Source: an uncultured Chloroflexia bacterium (GTDB lineage Bacteria > Chloroflexota > Limnocylindria > Limnocylindrales > CSP1-4). From it: DNA of 64,000 bases. The notes under the pieces are model-generated. The model was not told the origin of the DNA and searched no databases. It saw only the letters and a program-made list of their open reading frames with translations. Location of the stretch: the NCBI GenBank assembly GCA_963734535.1, contig CAVTHS010000008.1, forward strand, positions 288,001 through 352,000, given 5' to 3'. Shown one piece after another: positions 52,287-63,500 of the stretch (the first letter of the stretch is position 1; each line of letters starts with the position of its first letter). The position numbers and the translations under genes were made by a program.

Positions 52287-53464
52287 CGGGCCGCCTCGGT
52301 CCTGTCGGGCTCGCGCGCGGGCGCGATCGGTGCGACCTGCAGCAGCGGCATCGCCGGGGTCAGGGTCCGCAGGCCTCCCAGCCCGCGGCCCGCGGAGAAG
52401 AACGCGGCGCAGGTCCCCTCGGAGCTCACCATCGGCGCGCCGAGCGGCTTCTGCGGGTTGCACAGCGTGCCGTACGCCGTGCAGTCGAGCGGCGTCTTCT
52501 CGCCGGTCAGGATCGCACCCGCGATGCAGGCCGGGTGCTCCTGGGTGTGGATGTCGCCGACCGAGAACCGGCTCTCCGCGTCGAAACGGGCGTACTTCTC
52601 GCGCAGCCGGTAGCCGGAGGCCGGGATCTCCCCGATCCCCCGCCATTTCCGCGTGCCGATCTCGAAGACCTCGAAGATCTGCTCCTGGGCGAGCGGGACG
52701 CCGTCGCGCTTGACGGCGCGGGCGTACTGGTTCTCCACCTCGTGGCGGCCCTCCTCGAGCTGGCGGATCGCCATCAGGATGCCCTCGAGGAGGTCGAGCG
52801 GCTCGAAGCCGGTGACCACGATCGGCACGTGGTACTTCGCGGCGATCGGCTCGTACTCGGTCCAGCCCATGACGGCGCAGACGTGGCCCGCCGCCAGGAA
52901 CGACTGGACCTGGTTGGCGGGCGATTCGAGGAGCGCCACCATCGCCGGCGGCACCAGCACGTGCGAGACAAGCACGCTGAAGTTGTCGATCCCGCGGCGC
53001 GCCGCCTCGGCGACGGCCGTGGCGTTCGCCGGCGCGGTGGTCTCGAAGCCGACCGCGAAGAAGACGACCTGCTTGTCCGGGTTGGCGACCGCGACCTTCA
53101 GGGCGTCGAGCGGCGAGTACACGATCCGGACGTCCGCGCCCCGGGCCTTGAGGGCCAGCAGGTCGGTCGTGGAGCCCGGCACGCGCAGCATGTCGCCGTA
53201 GCTGGTGAAGATGACGTCCGGGCGGGCCGCGATCGCGAGCGCCTTGTCGATCTGCTCGAGCGGCGTGACGCAGACCGGGCAGCCGGGCCCGTGGATCATG
53301 CGGACGCCCGCGGGCAGCGCCTCGTCGATCCCCTGCTTGACGATCGTGTGGGTCTGGCCGCCGCACACCTCCATGAGCGTCCACGGCCGGGTCGTGATCC
53401 GGTGGATCTCGGCGATCAGCTTCCTGGCGAGGACCGGGTCGCGGTACTCGTCGAGGTACTTCAC
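52283..53464 (-). CDS. hypD: Hydrogenase maturation protein HypD
   Basis: [32 protein letters not shown]. Confidence 0.96.
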   Translation of the reverse strand: MKYLDEYRDPVLARKLIAEIHRITTRPWTLMEVCGGQTHTIVKQGIDEALPAGVRMIHGPGCPVCVTPLEQIDKALAIAARPDVIFTSYGDMLRVPGSTTDLLALKARGADVRIVYSPLDALKVAVANPDKQVVFFAVGFETTAPANATAVAEAARRGIDNFSVLVSHVLVPPAMVALLESPANQVQSFLAAGHVCAVMGWTEYEPIAAKYHVPIVVTGFEPLDLLEGILMAIRQLEEGRHEVENQYARAVKRDGVPLAQEQIFEVFEIGTRKWRGIGEIPASGYRLREKYARFDAESRFSVGDIHTQEHPACIAGAILTGEKTPLDCTAYGTLCNPQKPLGAPMVSSEGTCAAFFSAGRGLGGLRTLTPAMPLLQVAPIAPAREPDRTEAAR

Positions 53465-53811
53465 GCGGGGCCTCCGGGCGCTCCCGTCACCGGGGTCGCG
53501 AAGGCACCGGTGGTCGGCGCCCCATCGTCGGAGACCACTGCCGGCGCGTCCATCCCGGGACCCATCGTGGCCAGCTCGGCCTGGACAAGGTCGCCCATCT
53601 GGGCAAGGATCTCGAGCGTCTTGAGCGCCTCGTCCTCGTCGACCCGCGAGATCGCGAAGCCGACGTGGATGATCACGTAGTCGCCGAGCTGCACCTCGGG
53701 GATGTAGGCAAGGCAGGCGTCCTTGCGGACGCCGCCGAAGTCGACCTTGCCCATGGGCAGGCCTCCGTCGTCGCGGATCTCGACGACTCGACCGGGGATC
53801 CCGAGGCACAT
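53461..53811 (-). CDS. hypC: Hydrogenase chaperone HypC
   Basis: [19 protein letters not shown]. Confidence 0.95.
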   Translation of the reverse strand: MCLGIPGRVVEIRDDGGLPMGKVDFGGVRKDACLAYIPEVQLGDYVIIHVGFAISRVDEDEALKTLEILAQMGDLVQAELATMGPGMDAPAVVSDDGAPTTGAFATPVTGAPGGPA

Positions 53812-53816
53812 GGCTG

Positions 53817-56277
53817 CTACTTCCCTCCTGGTGCACGGCCGGCGGGGACGCCGGTGTCCGCGGCCGACCGGGCCGCCATGGTCGCGGCGGCGATGGCCGC
53901 CTGACCGTAGCTGATTCCGCCGTCGTTCACCGGGACGCGGCGGTTGATGAAGACGTCGAAGCCATCGCGGGCCAGCCGCCGGAGCAGCGCGCCGGCAAGG
54001 CGGCGGTTCTGGAAGACGCCGCCCGAGAGGCAGACGGTGCGAATCCCGGTGGTCGCGGCTGCGTCCGCGCAGAGCTCCCGGGTCAGCTCCGCGATCGTCT
54101 CGTGGAACGCGGCAGCGAGCGGGGCGACGGCGCCGCCGGCCGCCCGGCCGGCGAGCAGCGCGGCGAGCGTCTGGCGCGGGTCGTAGACGAGCAGGTCCCC
54201 CACGCGCTCCAGGGCGTAGGGCAGCGGCGCCGCCGTGCGATCGCCCGCGGCGATCTCGAGGTCGATCGCGGCCTGGGCCTCGTACTCGGCCACGTCGCGC
54301 AGGCCGAGGAGGCTCGCCGCGGCATCGAAGAGCCGCCCGGCCGACGAGGCGATGGGGGCGTTGAGGCCGCGCGCGACCTGGGTCCGGACCACCGCCACCT
54401 CCCGCGGGTCGAGGCGCCCGAGGAAGCCGGCCACGAGGTCGCCGTCGAAGCTCCCGGCGCCGGCGATCGCTGCCCCTTCGGACGGGCCGAGCGACTCCGC
54501 ACCGAGCAGGTACCCGAGCGCCATCCGATAGGGCCGCTTCACCGCGAGCGCGCCGCCGGGCAGCGGGGCACGGCCGAAGCGGGCAACCCTGCGGTACCCG
54601 ACGAGGTCGGCGACGAAGAGCTCGCCGCCCCAGAGCGTCCCGTCGTCTCCCATCCCAAGCCCGTCGTAGGCGACTCCCAGGAACGGCGTGGTGATGCCGT
54701 GCTCGGCCGCGCACGAGGCGACGTGCGCGTGGTGGTGCTGCACGGCGATCCGGCGATCTGCCGGGAACCGGGACACGGCGTACTTCGTGGAGAGGTACTC
54801 GGGGTGGCGATCGTGCGCCACGACCTCCGGCTCCAGCGCGAGGAGCCGGGAGAGGTGCGCCAGCCCGTCCGTGAAGGCGCGGTGGGTGGCAAGGTCCTCG
54901 AGGTCGCCGTTGTGGGGCGCCACGTGCGCCCGCCCGCCGCGCGCGAGCGTGAAGGTGTGCTTCAGCTCCGCCCCCACCGCGAGGATCGGGCGCATCGCCG
55001 CGACCGGGAGCGGGAGCGCCTCGGGGGCGTGGCCGCGCGCACGGCGGACCAGCGATTCGCGTCCGGCCACCACCCGCGTCACGGAGTCGTCGTAGCGGGC
55101 CCGGATCTCCCGATCGTGCGTCAGGAAGGCATCCGCGAGGCCCGCGAGCCGTGTGGACGCGTCCGCGTCGTCGGTGGCCAGCGGCTCGTCGGTGAGGTTG
55201 CCCGAGGTGAGCACGAGCGGCCGACCGACCGCCTCGAGGAGCAGGTGATGAAGCGGGGTGTACGGCAGGAAGATCCCGAGGCGGCGATTCCCGGCGGCCA
55301 CCGACGGCGCCAGCGCGGGCGTGCCACCCCGGCGCCGCGCGACGAGGAGCACGATGGGCCGCGCCGGCCCCCCCAGGAGCGCGGCCTCCGTCGACGTCAC
55401 GTGGCAGAGCGCGCGGGCGGCATCGAGGTCGCGGACCATGATCGCAAAGGGCTTCGCCCAGCGACGCTTCCGGTCGCGCAGCCGGCCGACGGCCGAAGCG
55501 TCCGTCGCGTCGCAGGCGAGGTGGTAGCCGCCGAGTCCCTTGACCGCGACGACCCTCCCGGCCCGCAGGTCCGCGACCGCGGCGCGCGAGCGCGGCCTCG
55601 TCGCGCGCGGTCGGTGCCGCCGCGTCGGTCCGGCGGTACGCCAGTCGGGGCCCACAGGCCGGGCAGGCCACGGGCTCGGCATGGAACCGGCGGTTCGCCG
55701 GGTCCGCGTACTCCGTCGCGCATGCGTCGCAGAGCGGGAACGCTCGCATCGTCGTCCGGGCGCGGTCGTAGGGCAGCTCGTCGATGATCGTGGCCCGCGG
55801 CCCGCAGTTCGTGCAGTTCGTGAATGGGTAGCGGTACCGCCGGTCGGCAGGATCGGCGACCTCCGCAAGGCATTCGTCGCAGGTCGCGATGTCCGGCGGA
55901 AAGAGCCGGTCCACGGCGGCGGCGTCGACGCTCTCGTCGATCGCGAAGTGCGTCGGGAGGCCGGCCGCGGCGCCCGGGTCGAGCGGCACCCAGGTTACTC
56001 GCTCCACCCGCGCACGAGGCGGCGCATCCGACCGGAGGCGCCGGGCGAAGGCGTCGAGCGCGCCGCCGGATCCGGCGGCCTCGATCTCGACGCGGCCGGC
56101 GGCGTTCCGGACCCGGCCGGTGAGCCCGAGCTCGGTTGCGAGGCGCCACACGAACGGCCGGAACCCGACGCCCTGGACCACGCCCTCGACCGTCAGGGCG
56201 CGGGCGCCGGGACTACCCCCGCGCACGCCCGCGGCGGCGTGCCCGCGCCCCTCGCGGGCGTCGATGGGTGCGCTCAT
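53817..56277 (-). CDS. hypF: Carbamoyltransferase HypF; frameshift near 55590
   Basis: [11 protein letters not shown], CxxC zinc fingers, [26 protein letters not shown]. Confidence 0.94.
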
Positions 56278-56333
56278 GCGCATAGGATGGCCCCAACGCC
56301 CTCCGACCGGATGTGCCGAAGGTCCCCCGAACG

Positions 56334-56432
56334 GCGGCCATCGGGCCGCCGGACGCGGCCATCGGGCCGCCGGACGCGGCCATCGGGCCGCCGGACGCGG
56401 CCATCGGGCCGCCGGACGCGGCCATCGGGCCG
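56334..56432. repeat. Perfect 21-bp tandem repeat, about 4.7 copies
   Basis: GCGGCCATCGGGCCGCCGGAC x4 plus 15 nt, between divergent hypF and ferredoxin genes. Confidence 0.92.
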
Positions 56433-56624
56433 TGAAGGGCCGGCTCCCGGGCGTGCGGCACGAGGAGGGCGCACCCCTGACAGCGCCTCGGGACGTTCGG
56501 CCCTTCCCGGCCCGAGGGACGATGGGGCCGTTTCGGTACCTGATCGCAACCCTTCGGCCCTATCCCCCCGGTCGCCGCGGGCGGAGGCTCGGGCCAACAG
56601 AGCCAGGCAGGAGGTTCCAACCGC

Positions 56625-56939
56625 ATGATCGCCGTGGCACAGGGCTCCCTCTCGTTACCGGGCGCGGAGTCGCCGGCCCTCGCCGGCCCCGCGCCCGGGA
56701 CCTGGAGCCCACTCCGCATCGAAACCGACCGCTGCAAGGGTTGCTCGCTCTGCATCGGCGCCTGCGCGCACGGTGCTCTCGCCCTCGACGAGACGCGCGT
56801 GAACGCCCTTGGCTACCACCCCATCCGGCTCGTCGACCCCGCCGCGTGCACGAGCTGCGCGCTCTGTGCGCGGGTCTGCCCGGACTGCGTCCTGACTGTC
56901 TTCGCGGCGCCCAAGCCGCGCCGTGGGGCCGTGCGATGA
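56625..56939 (+). CDS. 2x[4Fe-4S] ferredoxin (delta subunit)
   Basis: [11 protein letters not shown] and [12 protein letters not shown]. Confidence 0.9.
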   Translation: MIAVAQGSLSLPGAESPALAGPAPGTWSPLRIETDRCKGCSLCIGACAHGALALDETRVNALGYHPIRLVDPAACTSCALCARVCPDCVLTVFAAPKPRRGAVR

Positions 56940-58094
56940 CCATCGCGACCATTCCGCCGACTCCGCTCCATCACGGCCACCGCGTCCTCATGAAGGGCAA
57001 CGAGGCGATGGCGGAGGCTGCCATCCGGGCCGGCTGCGATGCCTATTTCGGCTACCCGATCACGCCCCAGGCCGAGCTCCTGGAGTGGATGGCCCGCCGG
57101 ATGCCCGAGGAGGGCCGCCCGTTCGTGCAGGCCGAGTCCGAGCTCGGCGCGATCAACATGGCCCTCGGCGCGGCTGCCACGGGCGCCCGGGTCCTCGTCT
57201 CGTCGTCGTCCCCCGGCATCAGCCTCATGGCCGAGGCGATGAGCTACATGGCCGGCGCCGAGATCCCGATGGTCCTCGTCAACGTCATGCGCGGCGGCCC
57301 GGGCCTCGGCGGCATCGGGCCCAGCCAGGCGGACTACTTCCAGGCGACGAAGGGCCATGGCCACGGCGACTACCGCGTCCCCGTCCTGGCGCCGTCCTCG
57401 ATCGGCGAGGCGATGGCGCTCATGGCGGACGCGTTCGAGCTCGCCGAGAGGTACCGGACGCCGGTCTTCGTCCTGGCGGACGGCACGCTTGGGCCAGGCG
57501 ATGGAGCCGGTCGAGCTGACGTTCCGCGAGCCGCCCCGGCTCGCGGGCGAATGGGCGGTCACCGGGGCGGATGGTCGCCCGCCGCGGGTCGTGAAGTCGA
57601 TGCACCTCGAGCCCGAGGACCTCGAGCTGCACAACCAGCACCTCCAGGCCAAGTTCGCCGAGATCGCCGCCCGCGAGGTCCGCTGGGCCGGCGAGAACCT
57701 CGACGGCGCGGAGCTGGTGATCGTCGCCTACGGGACCGCCGCGCGGGTGGCGCGGACCGCGATCTCCCGGGCCCGCGCTGACGCACTGCGAGTCGGGCTC
57801 TTCCGACCGATCACCCTGTGGCCGTTCCCGTCGGAAGCCCTCGCGGAGGTCGCCGTGAACGCGCGTGGCGTCCTCGTGGTGGAGCTGTCGGCAGGACAGA
57901 TGGTGGAGGACGTGCGCCTCGCCATCGAGGGACGACGACCCGTCGCCTTCGAGGGCCGAACGGGCGGCATGGTCCCGACACCGGGCCAGGTCCTGGACGC
58001 GCTGCGCCGGCTCCGCGGGGCGACGGCCGGGGCCACGACGTCCGTCGCCCCAGCGACGCCTGGCGATGCGGCGAGCCAGGAGACCCGGCCATGA
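56936..58094 (+). CDS. 2-oxoacid:ferredoxin oxidoreductase alpha subunit (VorB-like); frameshift near 57490
   Basis: [39 protein letters not shown]. Confidence 0.9.
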
Positions 58095-58861
58095 CGACCG
58101 AGATCCCGGCGGGCGCTCGCGTCATCTTCGAGCGACCGGAGCTGCTCGCCGATCGCAGCACCCACTACTGCCCCGGGTGCGGGCACGGCGTCGTCCACCG
58201 GCTCATCGCGGAGGTCCTCGGCGAGCTCGGGCTCGGCGCGAAGACCATCGCGGTGGCGCCGGTCGGGTGCGCCGTCTTCGCCTACGACTACATCGGCGTC
58301 GACTTCGTGGAGGCGCCCCACGGACGTGCGCCGGCGGTCGCGACCGGCATCCGGCGCGTCCGGCCGGACGCCTTCGTGCTCACCTACCAGGGCGACGGAG
58401 ACCTGGCGGCCATCGGGACGGCGGAGATCATCCACGCGGCCGGCCGCGGAGAGCTGCTGACGGCCGTCTTCGTCAACAACGGGATCTACGGGATGACCGG
58501 CGGCCAGATGGCCCCGACCACGCTGCTCGGCCAGCGGTCCACGTCGTCGCCCGGCGGGCGGGAGGCCGCGTTCCACGGCTACCCGATCCCGATGACGGAG
58601 ATGCTCGCGATCATGCCGGGCGTGGCCTACGCTGCCCGCGGCTCGGTCGCCGACGCGCCGTCGATCGGCCGGACGAAGCAGTACCTGCGCCGCGCGTGCG
58701 AGATCCAGCTCGAGGGACGCGGGTTCGCGATCGTCGAGGTGATCAGCAACTGCCCGGTCGGCTGGGGCATGACGCCCACGGAGTCGATCGAGCGGCTCCG
58801 CGACGTGGTGGCGAAGGAATACCGCCCCGGCGTCATCGTGGACCGGACGAAGGAGGCCTGA
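58091..58861 (+). CDS. 2-oxoacid:ferredoxin oxidoreductase beta (TPP) subunit
   Basis: YCPGCGHG, QGDGD, NNGIYGMTGGQ. Confidence 0.92.
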   Translation: MTTEIPAGARVIFERPELLADRSTHYCPGCGHGVVHRLIAEVLGELGLGAKTIAVAPVGCAVFAYDYIGVDFVEAPHGRAPAVATGIRRVRPDAFVLTYQGDGDLAAIGTAEIIHAAGRGELLTAVFVNNGIYGMTGGQMAPTTLLGQRSTSSPGGREAAFHGYPIPMTEMLAIMPGVAYAARGSVADAPSIGRTKQYLRRACEIQLEGRGFAIVEVISNCPVGWGMTPTESIERLRDVVAKEYRPGVIVDRTKEA

Positions 58862-58864
58862 CCG

Positions 58865-59437
58865 ATGGAACGATCGGTGATCTTCGCCGGCTTCGGCGGC
58901 CAGGGGCTCCTCTTCGCCGGGCAGGTCCTGGCGCGCGCGGCGATGGACGAGGATCGCGAGGTCCTCTGGATCCCGACCTACGGGCCCGAGATGCGGGGCG
59001 GAACGGCCGCCTGCACCGTGATCGTGGGTGACGAGCCGATCGGCTCGCCGGTGGTCGACGCGGCCTGGGCTGCCGTCGTGCTGAACCCGCCGTCGCTGGC
59101 GAAGTTCGCACCGCTCGTGGCGCCGGGTGGCACGCTCGTCGTCAACGCCACGCTCATCGAGGCCGAATCCGGCCGCCACGACGTGGACGAGCTGCGCGTC
59201 CCGTGCACGCGCCTTGCGCGCGAGGCCGGCGACGACCGGCTCGTGAGCGTGGCAGCCCTCGGGGCGCTCGTCGGACGGACCGGCATCGTGGGCGCGGACG
59301 CGATTGCCAACGCGCTGCGGGAGATTCTCGGTCGCAAGCATCCCGAGGCGCTGGAAGCCGACCTGGCGGTCTTCGAAGGCGGACTCTCGTTCGGGCAGGC
59401 CGCGCTGGCGACCGCACCGGCGCCTGCGGCCGGCTGA
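58865..59437 (+). CDS. 2-oxoacid:ferredoxin oxidoreductase gamma subunit
   Basis: AGFGGQG, YGPEMRGG. Confidence 0.92.
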   Translation: MERSVIFAGFGGQGLLFAGQVLARAAMDEDREVLWIPTYGPEMRGGTAACTVIVGDEPIGSPVVDAAWAAVVLNPPSLAKFAPLVAPGGTLVVNATLIEAESGRHDVDELRVPCTRLAREAGDDRLVSVAALGALVGRTGIVGADAIANALREILGRKHPEALEADLAVFEGGLSFGQAALATAPAPAAG

Positions 59438-59530
59438 GCGCGCGCGAGCACTGGACCGCCGCCCGGCTGGGCGGCGGTCTGGAGGCTGAACGGCCGAAGC
59501 GCCGGGCGTGGACCGCCCGGCCCGGGCCCG

Positions 59531-60557
59531 TCAGGCGGGGGTGAGGTCGCGGCGGGGTGGACCAGGAACGCAGCGTCCGCATGTAGTTGGCGCGCTCGAA
59601 CGCCGACGGATCCTCGACCGCCGTCGAGCTCGCGCTGCCCCGGAGCTGGCTGACCGACTCGTACTCGTTCTCGGCCATCCAGGTTCGAAGCGCCGCCTCG
59701 ACGGTGCGGATCTTGTCCGGGCCGTGGCGGAGGATCGCGGACGTCATCATCGCAACGTCGGCGCCGACCATGAGCGCCTTGACGACGTCGGTCGCGGAGC
59801 CGATCCCGGAGGTGGCGGCCAGGGATGCGTCCGGGCCGAGCTGGGGTCGCAGGATCGCGATCCAGCGCATTGGCAGGCGCAGCTCCCAGGGCTGGCTCAG
59901 GTCGAGCCGGGCGACGACCTCGAGCGTGTCGAGATCGAGGTCCGGCTGGTAGAAACGGTTGAACAGGACCAGCCCGTCCGCCCCGGCATCGATGACGTGG
60001 CGCGCGACGTTCGCCATCGAGGAGTAGTAGGGACTGAGCTTGACCGCCAGCGGGATGCTGACGGACGACCTGACCGCGGCGATCAGCGCCAGGTCCGCCG
60101 TCTCGACGTCGGCCGCCGACCTGGCCGGGTCCGCGGCCACGTGGTAGAGGTTGAGCTCGAGCGCGTCCGCGCCGGCGTCCTCCATGAGCTTTGCGTAGCG
60201 GACCCAGCCACCGGTGCTGGTGGCGTTGAGGCTGGCGATGACCGGGACGGCCGACTGGGCCTTGATCTGTCGAAGCCTGGCCAGGTAGCGGTCCCCGGCT
60301 CCGGCGAACGCCTGGATGTTCGGGAAGTAGTCGAGCGCCTCGGCGAAGCTGTCCGTGCCGGCCTCGAGCGACCGGTTGATCTCGATCTCCTCGAAGACGA
60401 CCTCCTCCTCGAAGAGCGATGGCAGGACGATCGCCGCCGCCCCCGCCTGCTCGAGCAGGCGGGCGGATGCGGGCTCGCCGGTCAGCGGCGACGCCGAGGC
60501 GACGATCGGCGAACGGAGGTCGAGACCCAGGTACCGGGTGCGCAGATCGACGGTCAC
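59531..60557 (-). CDS. Dihydroorotate dehydrogenase-like protein (PFOR-associated); 3' indel likely
   Basis: YLGLDLRSP, SLFEE, ELN, VKLSPY, FNRFYQPD, FERANY. Confidence 0.88.
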
Positions 60558-63500
60558 TCGACATCTCCCTTCGCAGCGGCAGCGGAGTCAGCCATCATCG
60601 GCTCCGCCGTCACGTCGTCCGGCGTGCCTCCCGCGATCGTGGTCGCGGAGTCGGCGTCCGGTGGGAGCTCCGCCTGGGTGCCGGGTTCCATCGGGGGCAG
60701 GTGCGGCACGCTGCGGTGCATCGCCGCGAGCTGCTCGTAGTAGCGCCAGCGCTCGTCGACGTCCGCCTGCGCGAGCTTCGCGAGGTCGGCCGCCCGCTCG
60801 GGCTGGGTGCGGGCGAGGATCGCGAACCGGGTCTCGCCCGCGACGAAGTCGCTGACCGGCATCGAGGGCCTGGTCGAGTCGAGCTTGAACGGCTGGCCGG
60901 ACTCGGTGTCGCTGGGATGGAACCGGTAGAGCGGCCAGTAGCCGCTCTTGACGGCGTCCTTCTGGTGGGACATGGACTTCGACATGTCGATGCCGTGGGC
61001 GATGCAGGTGCTGTAGGCGATGACCAGGGACGGCCCCGGCCAGGCATCCGCTTCGAGCAGCGCCTTGGCGGCCTGCGCGTCGTTGGCGCCCATCGAGATC
61101 TGGGCAACGTAGACGTCACCGTAGGCCCGGGCGACCGCGCCGAGGTCCTTCTTGCCGCGGGACTTGCCGGCCGCCGCGAACTTGGCGACCGCGCCGCGCG
61201 GGGTGGCCTTCGACGCCTGGCCCCCGGTGTTGGAGTAGACCTCCGTGTCGAGGACCAGGACGTTGACGTTGCGGCCGGAGCCCAGGACGTGGTCGAGCCC
61301 GCCGTACCCGATGTCGTAGGCCCATCCGTCGCCGCCCACGATCCACACGCCCTTGCGGACGAGGTCGTTGGCGAGGGCGAGCAGGTGCCGTGCGTCGGAA
61401 CCGGAGTCGCCGTCCATGGCGCCGAGGATCTCGCGGAGGCGCACGATGCGCGCGCGCTGGGCGTCGATGCCCGTCTCGGTGTCCTGGTCCGCTTCGAGGA
61501 TGTCCCGGACGAGGTCCGGTCCGATTGCCGGCGCGAGCTTCGTGACCAGCCGTCGGGCCTGGTCGTTCTGGGCGTCGAGCCCGAGGCGCATGCCCAGGCC
61601 GAACTCGGCGTTGTCCTCGAAGAGCGAGTTGTTCCAGGCCGGGCCGCGGCCCTGGGCGTTCACCGTCCACGGGGTCGTGGGCAGGTTGGCGCCATAGATC
61701 GACGAGCAGCCCGTGGCGTTGGCCACGATCATCCGGTCGCCGAAGAGCTGCGAGACCAGCTTGAGGTACGGAGTCTCGCCGCAGCCGTTGCAGGCCAGCG
61801 AGAACTCGAAGAGCGGCTCCAGCACCTGGGCGCCCTTGACGGTGTCGTGGGCGATCAGGCTCCGGTCGAGCGGCGCGATCGACTGGAAGAACTCCCAGTG
61901 CGGCCGCTCGACATCGCGATGAGCGGCAGCGGGCTCGAGGTTGATGGACTTGTGCTTGACCTCGCTCTTGCTCTTGGCCGGGCAGACGTCCACGCAGACA
62001 CCGCAGCCGGTGCAGTCGTCCGGGGCCACCTGGATCGTGATGCGGTGGTCCAGCAGGTCGCGGGACTTGAACTCCTTGGACTGGAAGCCCGCGGGCGCGC
62101 CCTCGACGGCCGCGGCCGGGTAGACCTTCATCCGGATCGCGGCGTGCGGGCAGACCATGGCGCACTTGCCGCAGTCGATGCAGATCGACGGATCCCAGAT
62201 CGGGAGCTCCAGGGCGATGGCCCGCTTCTCGAACCGGGTGGTGCCGGACGGGAACGTCCCGTCGACCGGGAAGGCCGAGACCGGGAGCCGATCGCCGTCG
62301 CCGGCCATCAGGGTCGCCGTGACCGTCTTGACGAAGTCCGGCGCGTCGGCGGGCACGACGGGGGGAAGGGCGTGGCCGGTCGTGGCCGGGCCGAGCGTCA
62401 CGTGACCGAGGCGGGCGATCGACGCGTCGATGGCCGCGAAGTTCTGGTCCACGACCGCCTGGCCGCGCTTGGCGTAGGTCTTCTCCACGAAGGCCTTGAT
62501 CCGCTCGATCGCCTCTGCCGACGGCAGCACGCCCGAGAGGTGGAAGAAGCAGGGCTGCATGATCGTGTTGATGCGCGTGCCCATGCCCGTCTCGGCGGCC
62601 ACGGCGAGCGCGTCGATGACCCAGAAGTCGATCTTCTTGTTGACCAGGTGCCGCTGGACATCGACCGGCAGCCGATCCCAGATCTCGTCCGGCCCGTACG
62701 GCGAGTTGAGGAGGAACGTCGCGCCGGGCTTGGCGAAGTCGAGGATCTTGATCTTGTCGAGAAGCCCGAACTGGTGGCAGGCGACGAAGTCCGCCGAGTC
62801 GATGAGGTAGGCCGACTTCGTCTGGACAGGCCCGAAGCGGAGGTGCGAGACCGTGGTCCCGCCGGACTTCTTCGAGTCGTAGACGAAGAAGCCCTGCGCG
62901 AAGAGGTCGGTGCCCTCGCCGATGATCTTCACGGAGGCATGGTTCGCCCCGACGGTGCCGTCGGAGCCGAGGCCGAAGAAGAGCGCCTGCACTTCGCCCG
63001 CGGGGCGCGGGGTGCGGTAGTCCACGTCGATCGGCAGGCTCAGGTGCGTGACGTCGTCGTAGATGCCAACCGTGAAGTGGCGCTTGGGCCGGTCCGCCGA
63101 CAGCTCGTCGAACACGGGCCGGATCATGCCGGGTGTCACTTCCTTGGACGAAAGGCCGTATCGGCCGCCGATGACGCGGGGCATCGTCGTGAACGGGGGC
63201 TCCTCGGAGTCCATCTGCTCGGTGAGCGCGGCCACGACGGCCTGGTAGAGGGGCTCCCCGACCGCGCCGGGCTCCTTGGTCCGGTCCAGGACAGCGATCG
63301 CCTTGACCGTCGAGGGGAGGGCGGCCATGAGCGCATCCGACGGGAACGGCTGGAAGAGCCGGACCACGACGACGCCGACCTTCTGGCCGGTGGCGTTGAG
63401 GGCGTCGACGGTCTCCTGCACGGCGCCGGCGGCGGAGCCGATGATCACGATGACCCGGTCCGCGTCCGGAGCGCCGTGGTAGTCCACGATGCCGTAGCGG

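Noticed and set aside
51168-56283. Apparent fused ORFs 51168-53384 and 53461-56283
   Set aside because: Caused by stop-free alternate frames and the hypF indel; hypC/D/E have their own starts
56334-56432. CRISPR array
   Set aside because: Units are contiguous with no unique spacers and no cas genes in the window
59154-59530. C-terminal extension of DHODH-like gene overlapping the gamma subunit
   Set aside because: Homology ends at FERANY..W; a nearby indel gives a stop at 59531
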